From: the human T2T-CHM13v2.0 reference genome, Homo sapiens
Direction: 5' to 3' (one strand)
Assembly (NCBI RefSeq): GCF_009914755.1
Contig: NC_060927.1
Length of the DNA stretch: 64,000 nucleotides
A program made the translations under genes and the position numbers. Positions 1 through 16,216 of the stretch are shown in pieces (position 1 is the first letter of the stretch; every line of letters begins with the position of its first letter). The notes under the pieces are model-generated. The model searched no databases. It saw only the letters and a program-made list of their open reading frames with translations, and was not told the DNA's origin.

Positions 1-439
1 TCTGTTACCTGGTAATGAGATTTTTTTTTTTACTCCACTACAGACTATTTATCAAGTACTTTAGGAAAATATGAAAAGGAAACAGTCATGTTGAGAAGGT
101 TTAAGTGAGGAAGCAACAGTTAATTGGGTTTTCAAGGATTAACAAGCTTCTTCAGGCTCATTCAAAAATGAGATCAGGGGTGTGCTGAGTGGAACACATA
201 ACATAAGAAAGCATAGAGCAATGTAAGAATACAGAGCAGGGGCCAGGAGCCTTAAGTGATAGTCCAGGCATCTCCCAAGTAGAACTCCAGGACAAATTGA
301 AAAGGTGCTTTGTAGTGAGAGAGGGAGAGCTCTATAAAATGGTCTTGAAAGAAACATAGATGAATGCATAGAAGTACAGCTTTATTATGGATCCCCAAAA
401 GTTTTTGCTCATCATGAAATGAAGAATCTTTGTTTCAAG

Positions 440-1010
440 ATATCAGCTTTAGAACTTTGTATCGATTCAATGACACACGTTAGATACTTAGTATGTGATA
501 GGCACACTGTTAAGAATTGGTGATACAAGATAAATAAATGCTCTGAAAGCTAATGTACTGGGAAGAATCTAGTGCAAAACTTCCTACCCAGGGTACTAGG
601 AAGGATATAACACCTGTATCTGTAAATGCTTCAAGATATTGATCTCTTCAGTCTTTGGGACAACTAGGAGGAAACTGGAGTAGCCAGAATCTATATCTGT
701 TTCCAGCCACAAGCACACCTTCTCGTTGACATCAATGTGCAATGCAAACATCTCATGCTGTGGATGCGGTTAAGAAGCACTGGCAGAGAATTATGTTGCC
801 ATTGCGCAAGTCCAGATGAGCTGAATGAGGCTGCAGCTGTGGTGATGGCAAAGCACACATGGACTTGGGAGCTACTTATGAGGCAGAATCAACAGATGTT
901 GCTAATTGAGTTCTTGTGGGAGGTAAGGATGAAGGAGAGGACAATGGATTCAGCACGAGAGGTATTTAGAAGGAGGGGTTTCTACAATATGCCATCCATC
1001 AGGGAGGAGT
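440..1010 (-). mobile_element. Ancient LINE2 fragments
   Basis: Degenerate purine-rich L2-like text (gtgataggcacactgttaagaattggtgatacaagataaataa; gaggcagaatcaacagatgttgctaattgag). Boundaries approximate. Confidence 0.4.
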
Positions 1011-1147
1011 AGAGAAAAGTTTGGAGAATTTAAAATGGTTGAACCTGGTTCCTGGGGGAGAGATTTTATAGCCCAGAACTGGTGAGAAGTTCTGAATTGC
1101 AATCATTTGTTTTCTTTAAACTTTTCCCTTGAACCTCCCTAAAATAT

Positions 1148-1899
<752 letters not shown>

Positions 1900-2103
1900 C
1901 TCTCAACTTTCTAAAAAATGTTGTTTTATGTCTACATCCAACTAGGATGAAACTTAGCTACTATGTCTAGTTACCAGAACCTCCCCATCCACCTAAGACA
2001 AGAAATCCCTCAAGTAAATCCTGAGTAAACACACCCACCTCTACTCCACTCCTGGCTGTGAACATGAATTTTTGCAGTAAGGTAATGACTAAGTGCTTTG
2101 TAA

Positions 2104-2455
<352 letters not shown>

Positions 2456-2771
2456 AAAGACAGCAGGTTTTAAGGGCTGTCGTTTTAACAGGTTGCAAGG
2501 CTGCTAGAGAAAATTATATAATATAGACTGCATGGTTCCCAACACCACATGAGCTCTCAAAGCTATCTGGAATCTTTCTATATTTTCTTAATAGGTTTAT
2601 TTCTCATTTTCCATGAGAGGAATTTCATGCATTCTCCAGTTTCCTCATAACTCTAAATTGACTATCCCCTTTTACTCTCAGCATATGACCTTGGTTACTA
2701 CTTCAAAGATAAAAGAGAATCAAGTGGATTTAGACTCAAGTTGAGTTACTGCCATCTAAGTTAAAACTTAC

Positions 2772-2911
2772 TGTCAGGTGTGGTGACCCACACCTGTAAT
2801 CCAAGCACTTTGGGAGCCCAAGGCAGGAGGATTGCTTGAGTCTAGGAGTTTGAGACCAGCCTGGGTAACTCAGTAGACCCCATCTGTATAAAAAGTAAAA
2901 ACAAATAAACA
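2772..2911 (+). mobile_element. Free left Alu monomer (FLAM_C-like)
   Basis: Single left monomer (ggaggattgcttgagtctaggagtttgagaccagcctggg) with A-rich tail; TSD agttaaaa(c/t)ttac on both sides. Confidence 0.88.
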
Positions 2912-3807
2912 GTTAAAATTTACAAGTATCTGCATTTATCCTTTTCTACTTCTCTCCTATTGAATTGGAGGAGATAGCATTCCTCCTTCTTTATCTGAAG
3001 CTTGCTTATCTCCTCAAGTGCATTGTTCTATTCATTATCTCCACACCTCCATGTATACTCCTTTTCTTCTTAATTGAATCTCTGTCTTCTGGTTATCTTT
3101 TTGCCAGTTTGCCACTTCTTTCAATTTCTTCTTCAGCTACTTAATCCTTTGACTATTTTGTAAATACTTGTCCTCCTCACAGTTCTGTCCAAAAGTGTCT
3201 TTTCTTCTTATTCTCTGTGCTCTTCTTTCATAATCTTCTCTCTATGTATGCCTTGAACTGTCAACTGGAACTCTCAACTTTATGTCATCTATATAGTTGT
3301 CTCTCTAGAGCTCTACTCTACACATTTGAACATACATGTTTAATTGGCTATTGTCCTTTCATATGAAACTCAATATGTCTAAAATGGAACCAGATACTTT
3401 TCCCTTGGAATCTGCCTCTCTTCATATCTTTGAGAATGATGCTATCATTCATGCCATTACACCCAGTACCTGGCTGTCTTTTTTACTCCTTTTCTGTCAT
3501 CAATTCCCGTATTCAGTCAATCACTAAATTCTGAATTCTATGGAATTTAATATCTCCTACATGTCTGCATGTCACCATTTCACTGACTCTTCCCTAGTTT
3601 AAGCCAATATTACATGGGTTGCTGCAATCACCTTTCATTATCCATTCTTATCCCTTCTAATCTATTCTACAATGCAGTCCTGCATATAACTCTTAATGTC
3701 TCTTTGTTTCTCTTTGATAAGCTGCATAATTCTAACCAGAGTTTATTAGGCATTATTTGATCTTTTCTGAATAATTTCTTTTTTAGCCACAAGCTTTTGT
3801 GGTGTTC

Positions 3808-3855
3808 ATATATATATATATATATAGAATATCACATATATATATATATATATAG
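3808..3855. repeat. Interrupted (TA)n microsatellite
   Basis: Two TA runs separated by gaatatcac. Confidence 0.9.
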
Positions 3856-4000
3856 ACATCCAGGACAATGTTATAGCAAACATCCAGTGCAGTGCAGATG
3901 GTCAATAATATTTGTTGAATAAATAGTTGAATAATGAAATCCTATATTTTTTGATCTCTTTAGATGGCTCTACTCTCTGATATTCTCTTACCTTAAAGAA

Positions 4001-4028
4001 AATCTAGGACAGGTAATCTAGGACAGGT
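4001..4028 (+). repeat. Perfect 14-bp tandem duplication (aatctaggacaggt x2)
   Basis: Directly visible in the sequence. Confidence 0.9.
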
Positions 4029-4924
4029 CTAACCCCTCAAAGAAGTTACAGCTCTTTCATCCTAACATGTCTTCCATATTGGTATCTCAACTCAAAGCGT
4101 TTTCTGTAAAAGGATCTGGCTGATCTCCCAGATATCAATGTTTAAATCAAGGCAAGGTCTAGCTTCTCTCTGTCTTCATTTTTCTCACTGTCATCCCTCA
4201 GCAGTTTGTCCCACCCTCTTTTTTTTCTTTTCTAGTGCTTCTGGATTTTGTATTTTTTAATTTTTACTTTTATGAAGTTAAATCTGTGCATCACGTAGAA
4301 AGTCAAATAGCTTCACAAAACTTGTTAAGAAAAACAGCAATTTCCAGCCCTCTAGCCTATTTCCCACACTCCAGAGCAACCACTTACAAAATTTTTAGCT
4401 TTCTAAATGGCATGTTTGAACTGCTACTTTTTGACATTTTATTTTTGACCATTATCTATTGATTTCCCACCATGGAAGAAGAGAATTAACTCTTAAACAC
4501 ACACACACACCCCATTACACACCTGTACACTTCCTTTCCCCCTCTTCTCCAATAGTCAAACTCTTTCCACAATTGAGTCATGTAGTCAGCTCAGAGAACT
4601 TTTCCTTCCCTGCATATAGTTTTGCTTCCATGGAGTTAGTAATTTTCTTGCTTTAAAATTTGTTTGGTTTCCTATATACTCCTGATTAGTTCAACCCCAA
4701 ACTCTCCACTAATTGTCTAAAGCTCCTCTCTATACTTTGCAGTAGATATTATACCAATTTCATCTACTGGAAGAAATTTCTCATGGAGTTTTCCTCCCTA
4801 GTTTATTCTAGATGGATTGCACCTTGTTCTCAGTGCAGAATATTTGCCCAAGAATCCTTTTTTCTATCATCATGGAGATTCTTCCTGGCTCTTGTTTCTC
4901 CATGTTTACCTTGAATACACTTAA

Positions 4925-5075
4925 CCCGGGAAATAAAAAAATAACCTGGGAAGCTAAAAAACCCTGATGCCTAGGTTTCCTCACAGACCGATTAACTCAG
5001 AACATTTTGAGACAGAATGCATCATAGCACTGCAGTCAATTCCAATGAATAGCTAACGATAAAAACCACTAGTCC
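4925..5075. mobile_element. MER5-like hAT-Charlie DNA transposon fragment
   Basis: cctgggaagctaaaaaaccctgatgcctagg...cagaccgattaactcagaac resembles MER5A/B. Confidence 0.55.
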
Positions 5076-5682
5076 ATCTAAATCTTTCTTTGGGTACTTT
5101 CTAATTTTGGTGGAGCACATCCTCCAGAAGCTCTGAGAAAGAACACATAAGAGCAAATTTAGATACTTTGCTTTTCTGAACATGCTTTTATTTTATTCTC
5201 CACTTGACTTATAACTTAACTAATGTAGAATTCATACTGAAAAATATTTTTTTTTCTCCAAAGTTGTGATGGCATTGCTCCACTGTCTTCTAGCTTTCAA
5301 CGATACTTTTGAGAAATTGGAAGACATTCTGATTCCTGATCTTTTGCATATAATCTGTGTTTTTCTCTCCCGATGTTGATGGGATCTTTCTCTTGCCTCA
5401 GTATTCTAAAAAATGTTTTAATGATTGCCATAGTATGGGTCTATTTTTACCAATTTTCTTGCATATTCATAGCCCCTTCTAATCTTGTAACTTGAGTCTT
5501 TTAATTCAGGGAAATTTTCATAAATTTCTCCATTAATGACGACTTCTTCTTCTTCTTCTTCTTCTTCTTTTCTCTCTCTCTCTCTCTTTAATTCTGGAAC
5601 TCATTTTTTAGACGCTGGATCTTCTTAATCAATACTCTTCTTGACTCCTATACTGTTATTTTCTCTCCTAGTTTCCATTTCT

Positions 5683-6318
5683 TTTTCTTTCTTTTCTTTT
5701 TTTCTTCTTTGAGACAAGATCTGGATCTGTCACCCAGGCTTGAATGCGGTGGTATGATCGTGGGTCAGTGCAGCCTTGACCTTCTGGGCTCAAGCAGTCC
5801 TACCACCTGTAAACCAAAAAGTATCTGAGACAGGTCTCAGTCAATTTACTTTATTTTCCCAATGTTAAGGACATGCCTGGAGGAAAGGAACACAGAATCA
5901 CAAAAACAGTTTGTAGTCTGTGCCTTTCTCCAAAGATGATTGAGGACTTCAGTATTTAAAGGGGAAAAGTGAGCTGAGGGGAAAGAGGGAGGTATGGTTA
6001 CACTACTGAATCCACATGTTGCAGGAGAAAAGGTGCAGTTGGGGAAAAGTCAATTGTGTATTCATCTGGCACTCAGTAAATTGGCAGTTTACATTACATA
6101 AGGTGAACATAGAGTAGCTACCTGTGGAGATATCTAACCTTTTTTCTGTAACTATCTGCTTAGGAACAAAATGAAAGGCAGTTTCTTGCATGACTCAGCT
6201 TTCAGCTTAATTTTTACCTCTTGGCACAGTGAATTGAGGTCCTGAGATTTTATTTTCCTTTCACACACCTCAGCCTCCTGGGTAGCTTGGATGATAGACG
6301 TGCACCACCTGCCTGGCT
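5683..6318 (-). mobile_element. Alu right monomer (FRAM or truncated AluJ) split by an LTR
   Basis: Alu text runs 5683-5807 and resumes at 6270-6318; flanking duplication agtttccatttct. Confidence 0.85.
5808..6265 (-). mobile_element. MER4-family ERV1 solo LTR
   Basis: Termini tgtaaaccaaaaagtatctgagacagg and tattttcctttcaca; 4-bp TSD cacc at 5804-5807 and 6266-6269. Confidence 0.9.
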
Positions 6319-6350
6319 CTCAGTTTCCATTTCTAAGTCTTTTTGGTCTA

Positions 6351-6744
6351 TATTATGGGGTGTTGTGTCCTCTCTCCCCTCCCACCCCTATTCATATGTT
6401 GAAGTCCTAACCCTAAGTACCTCAGAAGGTGGTATTTGAAGATAGTGTCTTTAAAGAGGTAATAAAGTTAAAAGGAGGTCATTAGGGTGGGTTTAATCTG
6501 ATATGACTAGTGTCTTTATAAGAAGGGAAATTTGGACACAATCACACACAGTGGAGGGGGTGGGGATGCCATCTGAACATGAAGATAACCACCTACAAGC
6601 CAAGGGGAGAAGCCTTCAAAGGAACCAAGCTTCTTGACACCGTGGTCTCAGACTTCGAGCCAGATCTGTGAGAAAATAAATTTCTATTACTTAAGCAACC
6701 CAGTCTGTGGCACTTTGTTATTGCAGCCATAGCAAACGAATACA
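6351..6744 (+). mobile_element. MLT1B-like MaLR solo LTR
   Basis: ttcatatgttgaagtcctaaccctaagtacctcagaa...ttgcagccatagcaaacgaataca. Confidence 0.88.
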
Positions 6745-7339
6745 GTTTGCTTTTCAGGACTTTTCTCAACTTGATTTCCCAACATTAATCTTAAATTTTT
6801 CTTATATTCACTTTCACATTTTTTATGTTTAAGGTTCTTTTTTGTTCTCTGAATGTTCCTTTTGCAATAGCATCTTGCTCATGTTTCAAGGATACGATAT
6901 CTTTTCCTGTCTCACCCAGGATGTTTATGGTAGTTTTCCTCTTCATTTTTTCATGTTTCTGCATAGTTTTGGTTTCCTCTAAGTTATCTATTTTGTGTAT
7001 ATGTGTTTGTTTTAGTTTTTGTCTTTCATGGTAACAGTTTTCTTCAGGTATCTGATTGTCTGCTCATATTTAAGAGTAAGGCTATTTTTTTAAAAAAAGC
7101 TGATTTGACAGTCTGCCTGGTAGATGGGGGTTATTGACTATGGTCTCATGCCCTTTGTTCTTTAACCCAAGGGGTTGAAAACTGACAACCCACAGGCTGA
7201 GTCTGAAACAAACGTGTTTGTGTTTTGTTTTTCAAGTAGATTTGGATTCCTTTAAGTAAGTATGTTACGTTTAACTACCCATCAACCCCACAAATGCTTT
7301 TTGATTGCAACTAATTTAAGGTTTAAAACTTTTACCTAA

Positions 7340-8705
<1,366 letters not shown>

Positions 8706-9579
8706 AACCTTCGTGCTCAATCGGGCAGGGGTTGAAGGAAGGAAAAGACAAGGGAGCATAATTTGATTATCTTCCTAGAATGCAACTGCTTGAGTATTTG
8801 ATTATTAAAATTAGGAACTACAGTTTTTCCACCTAATTAAGCAGCATGCCGGCCAAATGACAATGTGGCTTTAATATACTTTCAGATGATCACACAGATT
8901 ATAATCTGTTTCACATGATAGAACATTTCTCATGCTGGAACAACAGAAAGAAGGAAAAACAAAGCCACAACATATCTAAGTGAAGAAATATTTCTGCATT
9001 TGAAAAGGCAGTTTTTCCTCATTTGTGATTATCTGCTCTTTCAGAACTCAAAGCAGCTAAAGCATAAATCTTGGCACATCTGCCAAGGTGTCTATGTCAA
9101 GAAATCATAGTTTGTGGTAAATGTTTTGAAAGCAGTTTTCAGGTATCTGAGGCCTTAGCATTTCTGCTACTTTTGTTTCACTCTGGCCTTAATTATAAAG
9201 TATCTTTCATGTTCCTAAGAAGCATGGATTTTTGCCACGCATTGCATCCATTTCCATTTAAAGCTCCAGGACACAATCCACATTCTCCCATCCATTACTG
9301 AACTAGGCTTTTTCTTTTTTATTCAGCTACTCATGCTAGCCCAATTAAGCAAGATTAGCTAACTCTTTGTTCCTATTAATCTTTCCCTCCCACGATGATT
9401 TGAACATTGTCGTTTTTTAATTATTGAGAAAGCCCTGGGAGTTACCAAATATAGACTCATTCATGTGAACAGTAAACAAAGTATGTTTGGATTCACACAA
9501 ATTTATGACTCTGGAAAGACCATGAAGAACCAGATGGATTTTAAGCACTGTATCTCCAAGTACTACTCTTAAACTGGAT

Positions 9580-9795
9580 ATGGTGATTAAGGGCAGACTG
9601 TGGTACAGGTGGCCTGGATTCCCATCTAGCTACTGCTACATACAACTGGGTGGCCTTGGGAATTATTTAGCCTCTCTATAAGCCCCAGACACCATCAGTG
9701 AAATGGACAAAATAATTGCATCTACTTCAGAAGATTTTTGTGAAGATCAAACAGAATAATATGCTTGGCACACCTTCTGCAAATATTAGTTGCTT
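9580..9795 (+). mobile_element. MIR SINE
   Basis: Core motif ggtggccttgggaattatttagcctctct...catcagtgaaatgg...tttttgtgaagatcaaacagaataat. Confidence 0.75.
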
Positions 9796-10688
9796 TTTTT
9801 TAATTAATGAGAGCAACAAGGCTGAAACAGGGTATCATACAAATTAACTGAAAGAATAATTGTACATAGTTGTAGAAATGTGTTAGACTTCTATACCTGC
9901 CAAATACAAAGCTAAAATAAATGTGTTGAATTAAATAAAAATATTCAGAACTTTATGTTTAAACAAATAATTTTTAATACAACATCTGGGAACAAGAGTT
10001 ATAAAGGAATTGGCAGCAGATGACTTCTAATTCTTTTATTTTTATAATGACAACCTTACAAGTAAAGCAATAAACTGCCAGGTCAAAACCAGTTTTTCAA
10101 GAATCTTTTGTTTTCATTACAAACTTAAATTTAATGGGTCCAAAATTCAAATGTCCCCTGCCTCCCAACAGTGTATATCATGGCTCAGTGCAGAGTCAGC
10201 CCACTCAGAGTAAGGGGCCCAGCTGAAAATGACAAAGGCCACTGATAACCCAAACTGGACAAAGCAATAAAACTTTGCCTAAGAGAGAATTTGCTTAACA
10301 GCTGTTATTTTGGGAGGGGTGAGTGGGGGTCAGGGTTAAAAAAAAAAAGGAATATTTTGAAGGTGGGTGTACTTTACAAAATGTACTTTGCTTTCTGTGT
10401 GTTCATTTTGTTTGGTCAAATTTGGTGGTGAGTTTACATATACCATATGCAACAACCTGTGTTGGTTTTCCTAAGTATTGGGATAAACTACTTTATTAAA
10501 TTAAATCTGAATTAGTTTTTCCTTAACTGTCATTCCCAGAATATTGTTCCTCAACTATTAATAAATATACTAGAAGAAAGTATAATAGCAGAAATAAATT
10601 TAAAATAGAGATGTTTACTATGTGTATTTATCAGTACATCCAGTGTTTTACATTAGCACACAAAAAACTCTAACATAGTCTGTAGTGC

Positions 10689-10997
<309 letters not shown>

Positions 10998-11754
10998 CTA
11001 TAGTGAAGAAGTCTATTTTGGTTTCCTTAATCCAGGAATTATTTGAGGCCGAAATCCATTTTTCCCAGCACACCTTTTAGCATTTTAGGAAACACAGTTT
11101 GCAGAATTCCAATTTGGGTATACATTGTTTACATTTGGGCAGGGCCTACCTTGCAATTCATTGAAAAGCTGTCAGGCTGAAAACTGTCAGGGTTCTACAT
11201 ATTAAGATAATAATAATCATTATGATAATAATTAATGATAATAATAATTAGGGAAAATGCTTCTTCCTCACCCCCTACCTTTTTTCCCATGAGGAGGATT
11301 TCTCTTCAATACCTCTGGCCTCTTGTCCCACCCTTGACTCCTTCCCTTGGGGAAGAGCTTTTATTAGGGAACAGCCGTTGGCCAATGTTTCTCAGTAGAG
11401 TAGAAGTTATGTATCAAAAGTGGAAGCAATAAAAGACATCAAGCCTCTTCTCTTTCCTCTGCATCTGGACCAAGGGTAATTAGTAACCTGGATTAAGTGC
11501 GCCTCTAAAGCAAAATTTCCCTCAGGTAAGCTGTTCCAAGCCTGATAATGGGATAGGCACTTAGCAAGCCCATTTTGTTGGTCAAACTAAGTTGTGTCTT
11601 GCAACCTAGCCCTTATCATTGATAATGGTGATATTTTAGTTCTCCTTGGAATAATTCTAATTTAACTGGTTCAGAAATTGGGCAACAAAATGAGGTATTA
11701 TTTTGGGCCTCCTTTCAAAACCTCAATAGCATGTATCATTAATTCTGCATGATC

Positions 11755-11875
11755 CTTTTAGTGCATTATCTCATTTAATCCTCACAACAACCTATAAAGG
11801 TAGACACTAGTATATCCTTATTTTACAAATGAGAAAATTGAAAGAAAGGTTAAGTAACTTACCAGAGGTGACTGA
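11755..11875 (-). mobile_element. MIR SINE
   Basis: tctcatttaatcctcacaacaacc...attttacaaatgagaaaattga...ggttaagtaactt. Confidence 0.85.
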
Positions 11876-12077
11876 TTTTGTCATTCATATAACATGCAAA
11901 TTATTTAATTGTACTATAACTAGTGCATCTTATAGGATTTTTTTTTTTTACCTCTCAATTCCTCCTCTCTTGCATATATTGATCTATAAGGCCAATCTCA
12001 GTTATATGGAATGATGAAGACAGAAAACGTAACCTTGGTCAATGAGTAAGATATTCTAGTAAGGTCTAAATCAGAAA

Positions 12078-12340
12078 TTTCAAATGGACAGCAGCCCACA
12101 GATATGTTTCATTTGGCTCCCAAACTGTTAAAGATTTGTATTAGTTATTAATATAAAATATAAATTTAGAGCTTTTCTCAAAAAATGTAAAGATCTGGGT
12201 AGCAATGAGCTGGAGCTGAAGAGCTGTTGTCCCCTTTGGATGGGGCATATGCAGCACAGTCACCTTGGGCCCCACTGTGTCACTTGGCTTAACTACTTTG
12301 CCTCTATGTGCTCTTGTAAACATTCAATTTGCAGCCCTGG
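12078..12340 (+). mobile_element. MER102-like hAT DNA transposon remnant
   Basis: gcccacagatatgtttcatttggc...tttctcaaaaatgtaaagatctgg...tttgcagccctg; related decayed copies near 7170, 29780, 58340 and 59510. Confidence 0.55.
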
Positions 12341-12694
12341 TGCCAGCTAGGTGGCCTCCTACTCCTACCCATTCATTCCTGTAGAATATCAGGGCCATTG
12401 CAAGAATTCTGGAGGCTGGATGTCAATGTCTGTGACCAGGCCACTAACTGAATAGTAGGTGTCTTGATGTGCAACAGCTGAGCTATGAGTGGCAGCTCTT
12501 CAGAATGGTGCACCATTCAATGTGGGTGCTCATTTCAATCCCTTAAGCAAAAAAGTTCAAGTTGCACCCTGTAGAGACTTCAGGCAGTGAGAAGAGCAGT
12601 TGGACTGTCCGGGGTCTGTGTCCACTACACACTTGGTCTGGATCTGCTTTAGGTATAGGATATCTGTGTAAATGTTCTTAAATTATGAGCTCCT

Positions 12695-13050
<356 letters not shown>

Positions 13051-13852
13051 TCACCTCCCACAGTGACTTTTCTTTCTGTATCAGTGTCTTTTACGCAGTA
13101 GTTGCTTAGTAAAGGTTTGTTGAATGAGCAAATGAATAGATAGATTGTGAATTCTAGAGGTGGATTATTGTCCCTCCCTTAAGAAATGTTTATTTGAACA
13201 AGTGATAAATACCTCACTGAGGTCTCTTTCCGCCCAGTTGTTAGGATCTGTTCCTCATTCTCATCATCATCTCATCACCAGGATGAGCAAAGCCTTTTCC
13301 CATTAAGGTTAGGTATTACCTCTTCCAGGGGATTTTACATTCAAAGGATTCTATAATAGTAACATGAAAAATCTGTCTCCTTTTGTAGGGATATCAAGCA
13401 TCAGAAAGCAGGTAGTCAACATTTGTATTTGTGGGGCAGCCTGAAGTCCTTCAGGATACCTTTCTCACTCTAAAATCAGGTTTTATGAACCTGAATTTAA
13501 AAGCAAAAAAAAAAAATTTAAGTGCAGATTTTCAAAAAAACATGACATATTTAAACATGCACAATCACAAAATCACAGTATATTAGCTGGAGTTGAAAAT
13601 AACGTTAGAATAAAATCACCAATGCAATTTTCTGTCAGGGAGATCATTGCATTGAAATGCCACCTGTGCCTGAATATTGTAAATATCAATTTGTGGAATG
13701 GCTGTACAATGTTAAGTACAGTGCGTTCTTGAAAAAGCTGATCATTGAAAAGTTAACATTGAATTTTAATAAGAGAAATACTTAAATTGTTCTTTAGTGT
13801 AACATAAACCTGTTGGAGAGGCATGTTCTGGGAGTAATGGCAAAGTGACACC

Positions 13853-14223
13853 ATTTTTTTTAATTTAAGTTTTGGAATACATGTGCAGAACGTGCAGGTT
13901 TGTTACATAGGTATACGTGTGCCATGGTGGTTTGCTGCACCTATCAACCCGTCATCTAGGTTTTAAGCCCCGCATGCATTAGGTTTTTGTCCTAATGCTC
14001 TCCCTCCCCATGCCACTGACCCCCCAACAGGTCCCGGTGTGTGATGTTCCCCTCCCTGTGTCAATGTGTTCTCATTGTTCAACTCCCACTTATGAGTGAG
14101 AACATGCAGTGTTTGGTTTTCTCTTCCTGTGTTAGTTTGCTGAGAATGACGGTTTCCTGCTTCATCCATGTCCCTGCAAAGGACATGAACTCATCCTTTT
14201 TTATGGCTGCATAGTATTCCATG
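13853..14223 (-). mobile_element. 5'-truncated L1 (L1PA8-like) 3' end
   Basis: 3'UTR with ccgtcatctaggttttaagccccgcatgcattagg; 16-bp TSD a(t/c)ggcaaagt(g/a)acacc at 13837-13852 and 14224-14239. Confidence 0.92.
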
Positions 14224-14533
14224 ACGGCAAAGTAACACCTTTTTAAATTTTTACTTTCTGATTAAGAATATTCACTCCCACTTTACCAGAATTGGCTTAC
14301 ATTAATTATTTGATTGGGCTGAAAGGTTATATGCAAATCTTTAACAGTCATGTGATTAGAAATGCCTCCCAAGCTGCCAAAGGTGCTGAAATAATCTAAG
14401 TAACTCAAACCAGAGATTTTTTATCTTGGGATTTCTTAAGGAATGTGCCATTCAGGACATTCAAATATTCAGTGAATAACTTTCTCAAATGTTACTGAAG
14501 TACTTACTGAGAGCCATTTTAAAGTTGGAAATA

Positions 14534-14954
14534 GGCTGGGTGTGGTGGCTCACACCTGTAATCCCAGCACTTTGGGAGGCTGAGGCAGGAGAATAGCTTC
14601 AGCCCAGGATTTGAAGACCAGCCTGAGAAATACAGTGAGACCCAGTCTCTAAAAAAAATGTAAAACTTAGCCAGGCTTGGTGGCACTCACCTGTAGTCCC
14701 AGATGCTCAGGAGGCTGAGATGGGAGGATTGCTTGAGCCCAGGAGTTTAAGACCTCCTCTCCACAAAAAGAAATTTAAAAATTAGGCAAGCATAGTGGTG
14801 TGCACCTGTAGTTCCAGCTATTCAGGAGGTTGAGGCAGGAGGATTGCCTGAGCCTGGGACACTGAGGCTGCAGTGAACTATGAGTGGGCGATTGCACTCA
14901 CCTGGGCAACAGTGAAACCCCATCTTTAAATTTTTTTTAAAAAAAATTCTTAAA
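14534..14954 (+). mobile_element. AluJ-type element with three monomers
   Basis: Left arm, hybrid middle arm and right arm, with one TSD taaagttg(g/a)aaata at 14520-14533 and 14955-14968. Confidence 0.88.
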
Positions 14955-15254
14955 TAAAGTTGAAAATATCATAATAGTAATTAACACAAACATGGGGTTT
15001 GAATAGCATTATTTTAAAGTGCACTAGACTTGGACAGCTAAAGAAAAACAGCTGGGCAGTTCCTAAAGGTTAAAGGCCCGGGAAATTTAAAGAAATTTGT
15101 TATTCCATCTTCCTTTAATAGAGGGAAAATCAGCCTCAAATAAGCATTCAGCTAAGGATCTAATTAGTCGCCTGGGACTATACTGAGCACTGGCAACTGA
15201 AGAGAGCATGGGTAGAGTGTTCCCATCACCAGGTAGCCCCCTACTTACAGTCAG

Positions 15255-15625
15255 GGCAGACATTAGCTAACCCAACCAGCCTTTCCAACACTCTTCTCAC
15301 TTCCTGCTTCTACTACAAAGGCTGGCAAAGCTAAATACTCACTTTCTTGACCCACCCCACCTTGCATTTAGGAACAGCCAAGTGACACAGTTTAGACCAA
15401 TGAGGCAACAGCAAGTGTTGTCTAGGATTTGGGCAAAGTTATTTTTTTAAATCTTTTTCTTATAAAAGCAATGGTTGCAACCATTTTCTCCTTTTCATTT
15501 CCCTTGTCTGGGGCTTTGGAAGCAATTTTGTGACATTGAATCTCCTAAGCAATGCCAGAGGCTCCTTCCTCGTGGTTACAGCACTGTGAAAATATTTATT
15601 TGCAGCTAAAATACATGGTTGAAGA
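15255..15625 (+). mobile_element. LTR33-like ERVL solo LTR
   Basis: ggctggcaaagctaaatactcactttc...agccaagtgacacagtttagaccaatgag; ends tatttgcagctaaaatacat. Confidence 0.55.
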
Positions 15626-16216
15626 ATAGTAACACCTTTTCTTTGCGGTTTTTAGCCTATTTGAAATAACATTTCAGTAGATGGATTTCTCTGTCTCGGG
15701 GGAAAAAAGTAGTCTTTCAACATACTGCTTGAGGTAGCATGGCTGGTCCCGCTCTCACCCTGGAAAAATGCATCTGAAGGTCCCTGCAGTTCATTCATTA
15801 CACAATCTTCTTCAGGAGTTTTCCTCTTGTGGTTGGTGTGCGATTTTCTATAGTTCCCTTCACTTTCATCTGAACAAAATGTTATTTTGATTTATGACAT
15901 TATTCATCTGAGATCTGCCCATTCTTGCTTTTTCACAGAGGCTTTATCATATTTTTTTATATCTTAGATAGGAAATATAGTCCTCTGATTCATAATGAAA
16001 CAGTATAGAAATTAATACAGTAAAAAGTCTTCTTCTCATTGTTAGGTCCAAGTGTTAAAAAATATTGTCAGATATTCCTCTTTTCAGTAAAACTATTAGC
16101 CACATGGTAATTGCAAAACAAAGAAAAAGATGTCTCAAGCCTACCAATCCCTGAATCCAATTTGCTCCCCTTATCCTCAACCATTTTATTAGTTTCTTAT
16201 TTATCACAGAGATTTT

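Larger units (their letters stand above)
2590..3945 (+). mobile_element. LINE2 3' region, decayed
   Basis: Pyrimidine-rich L2 body (ctcaatatgtctaaaatggaac; ccaatattacatgggttgctgcaatcacc) ending in the L2 tail tcaataatatttgttgaataaat. Confidence 0.7.
4240..7140 (-). mobile_element. Ancient L1M (L1ME-like) fragments hosting younger insertions
   Basis: T-rich decayed antisense L1 ORF1/5' text (ggcattgctccactgtcttctagctttc; gacattctgattcctgatcttttgcatataatctg). Confidence 0.6.

Noticed and set aside
9-58. Possible minus-strand micro-exon (aag| acceptor, CAG|gtaaca donor)
   Set aside because: Weak acceptor, an internal A-run and stop codons, at the window edge; indistinguishable from chance.
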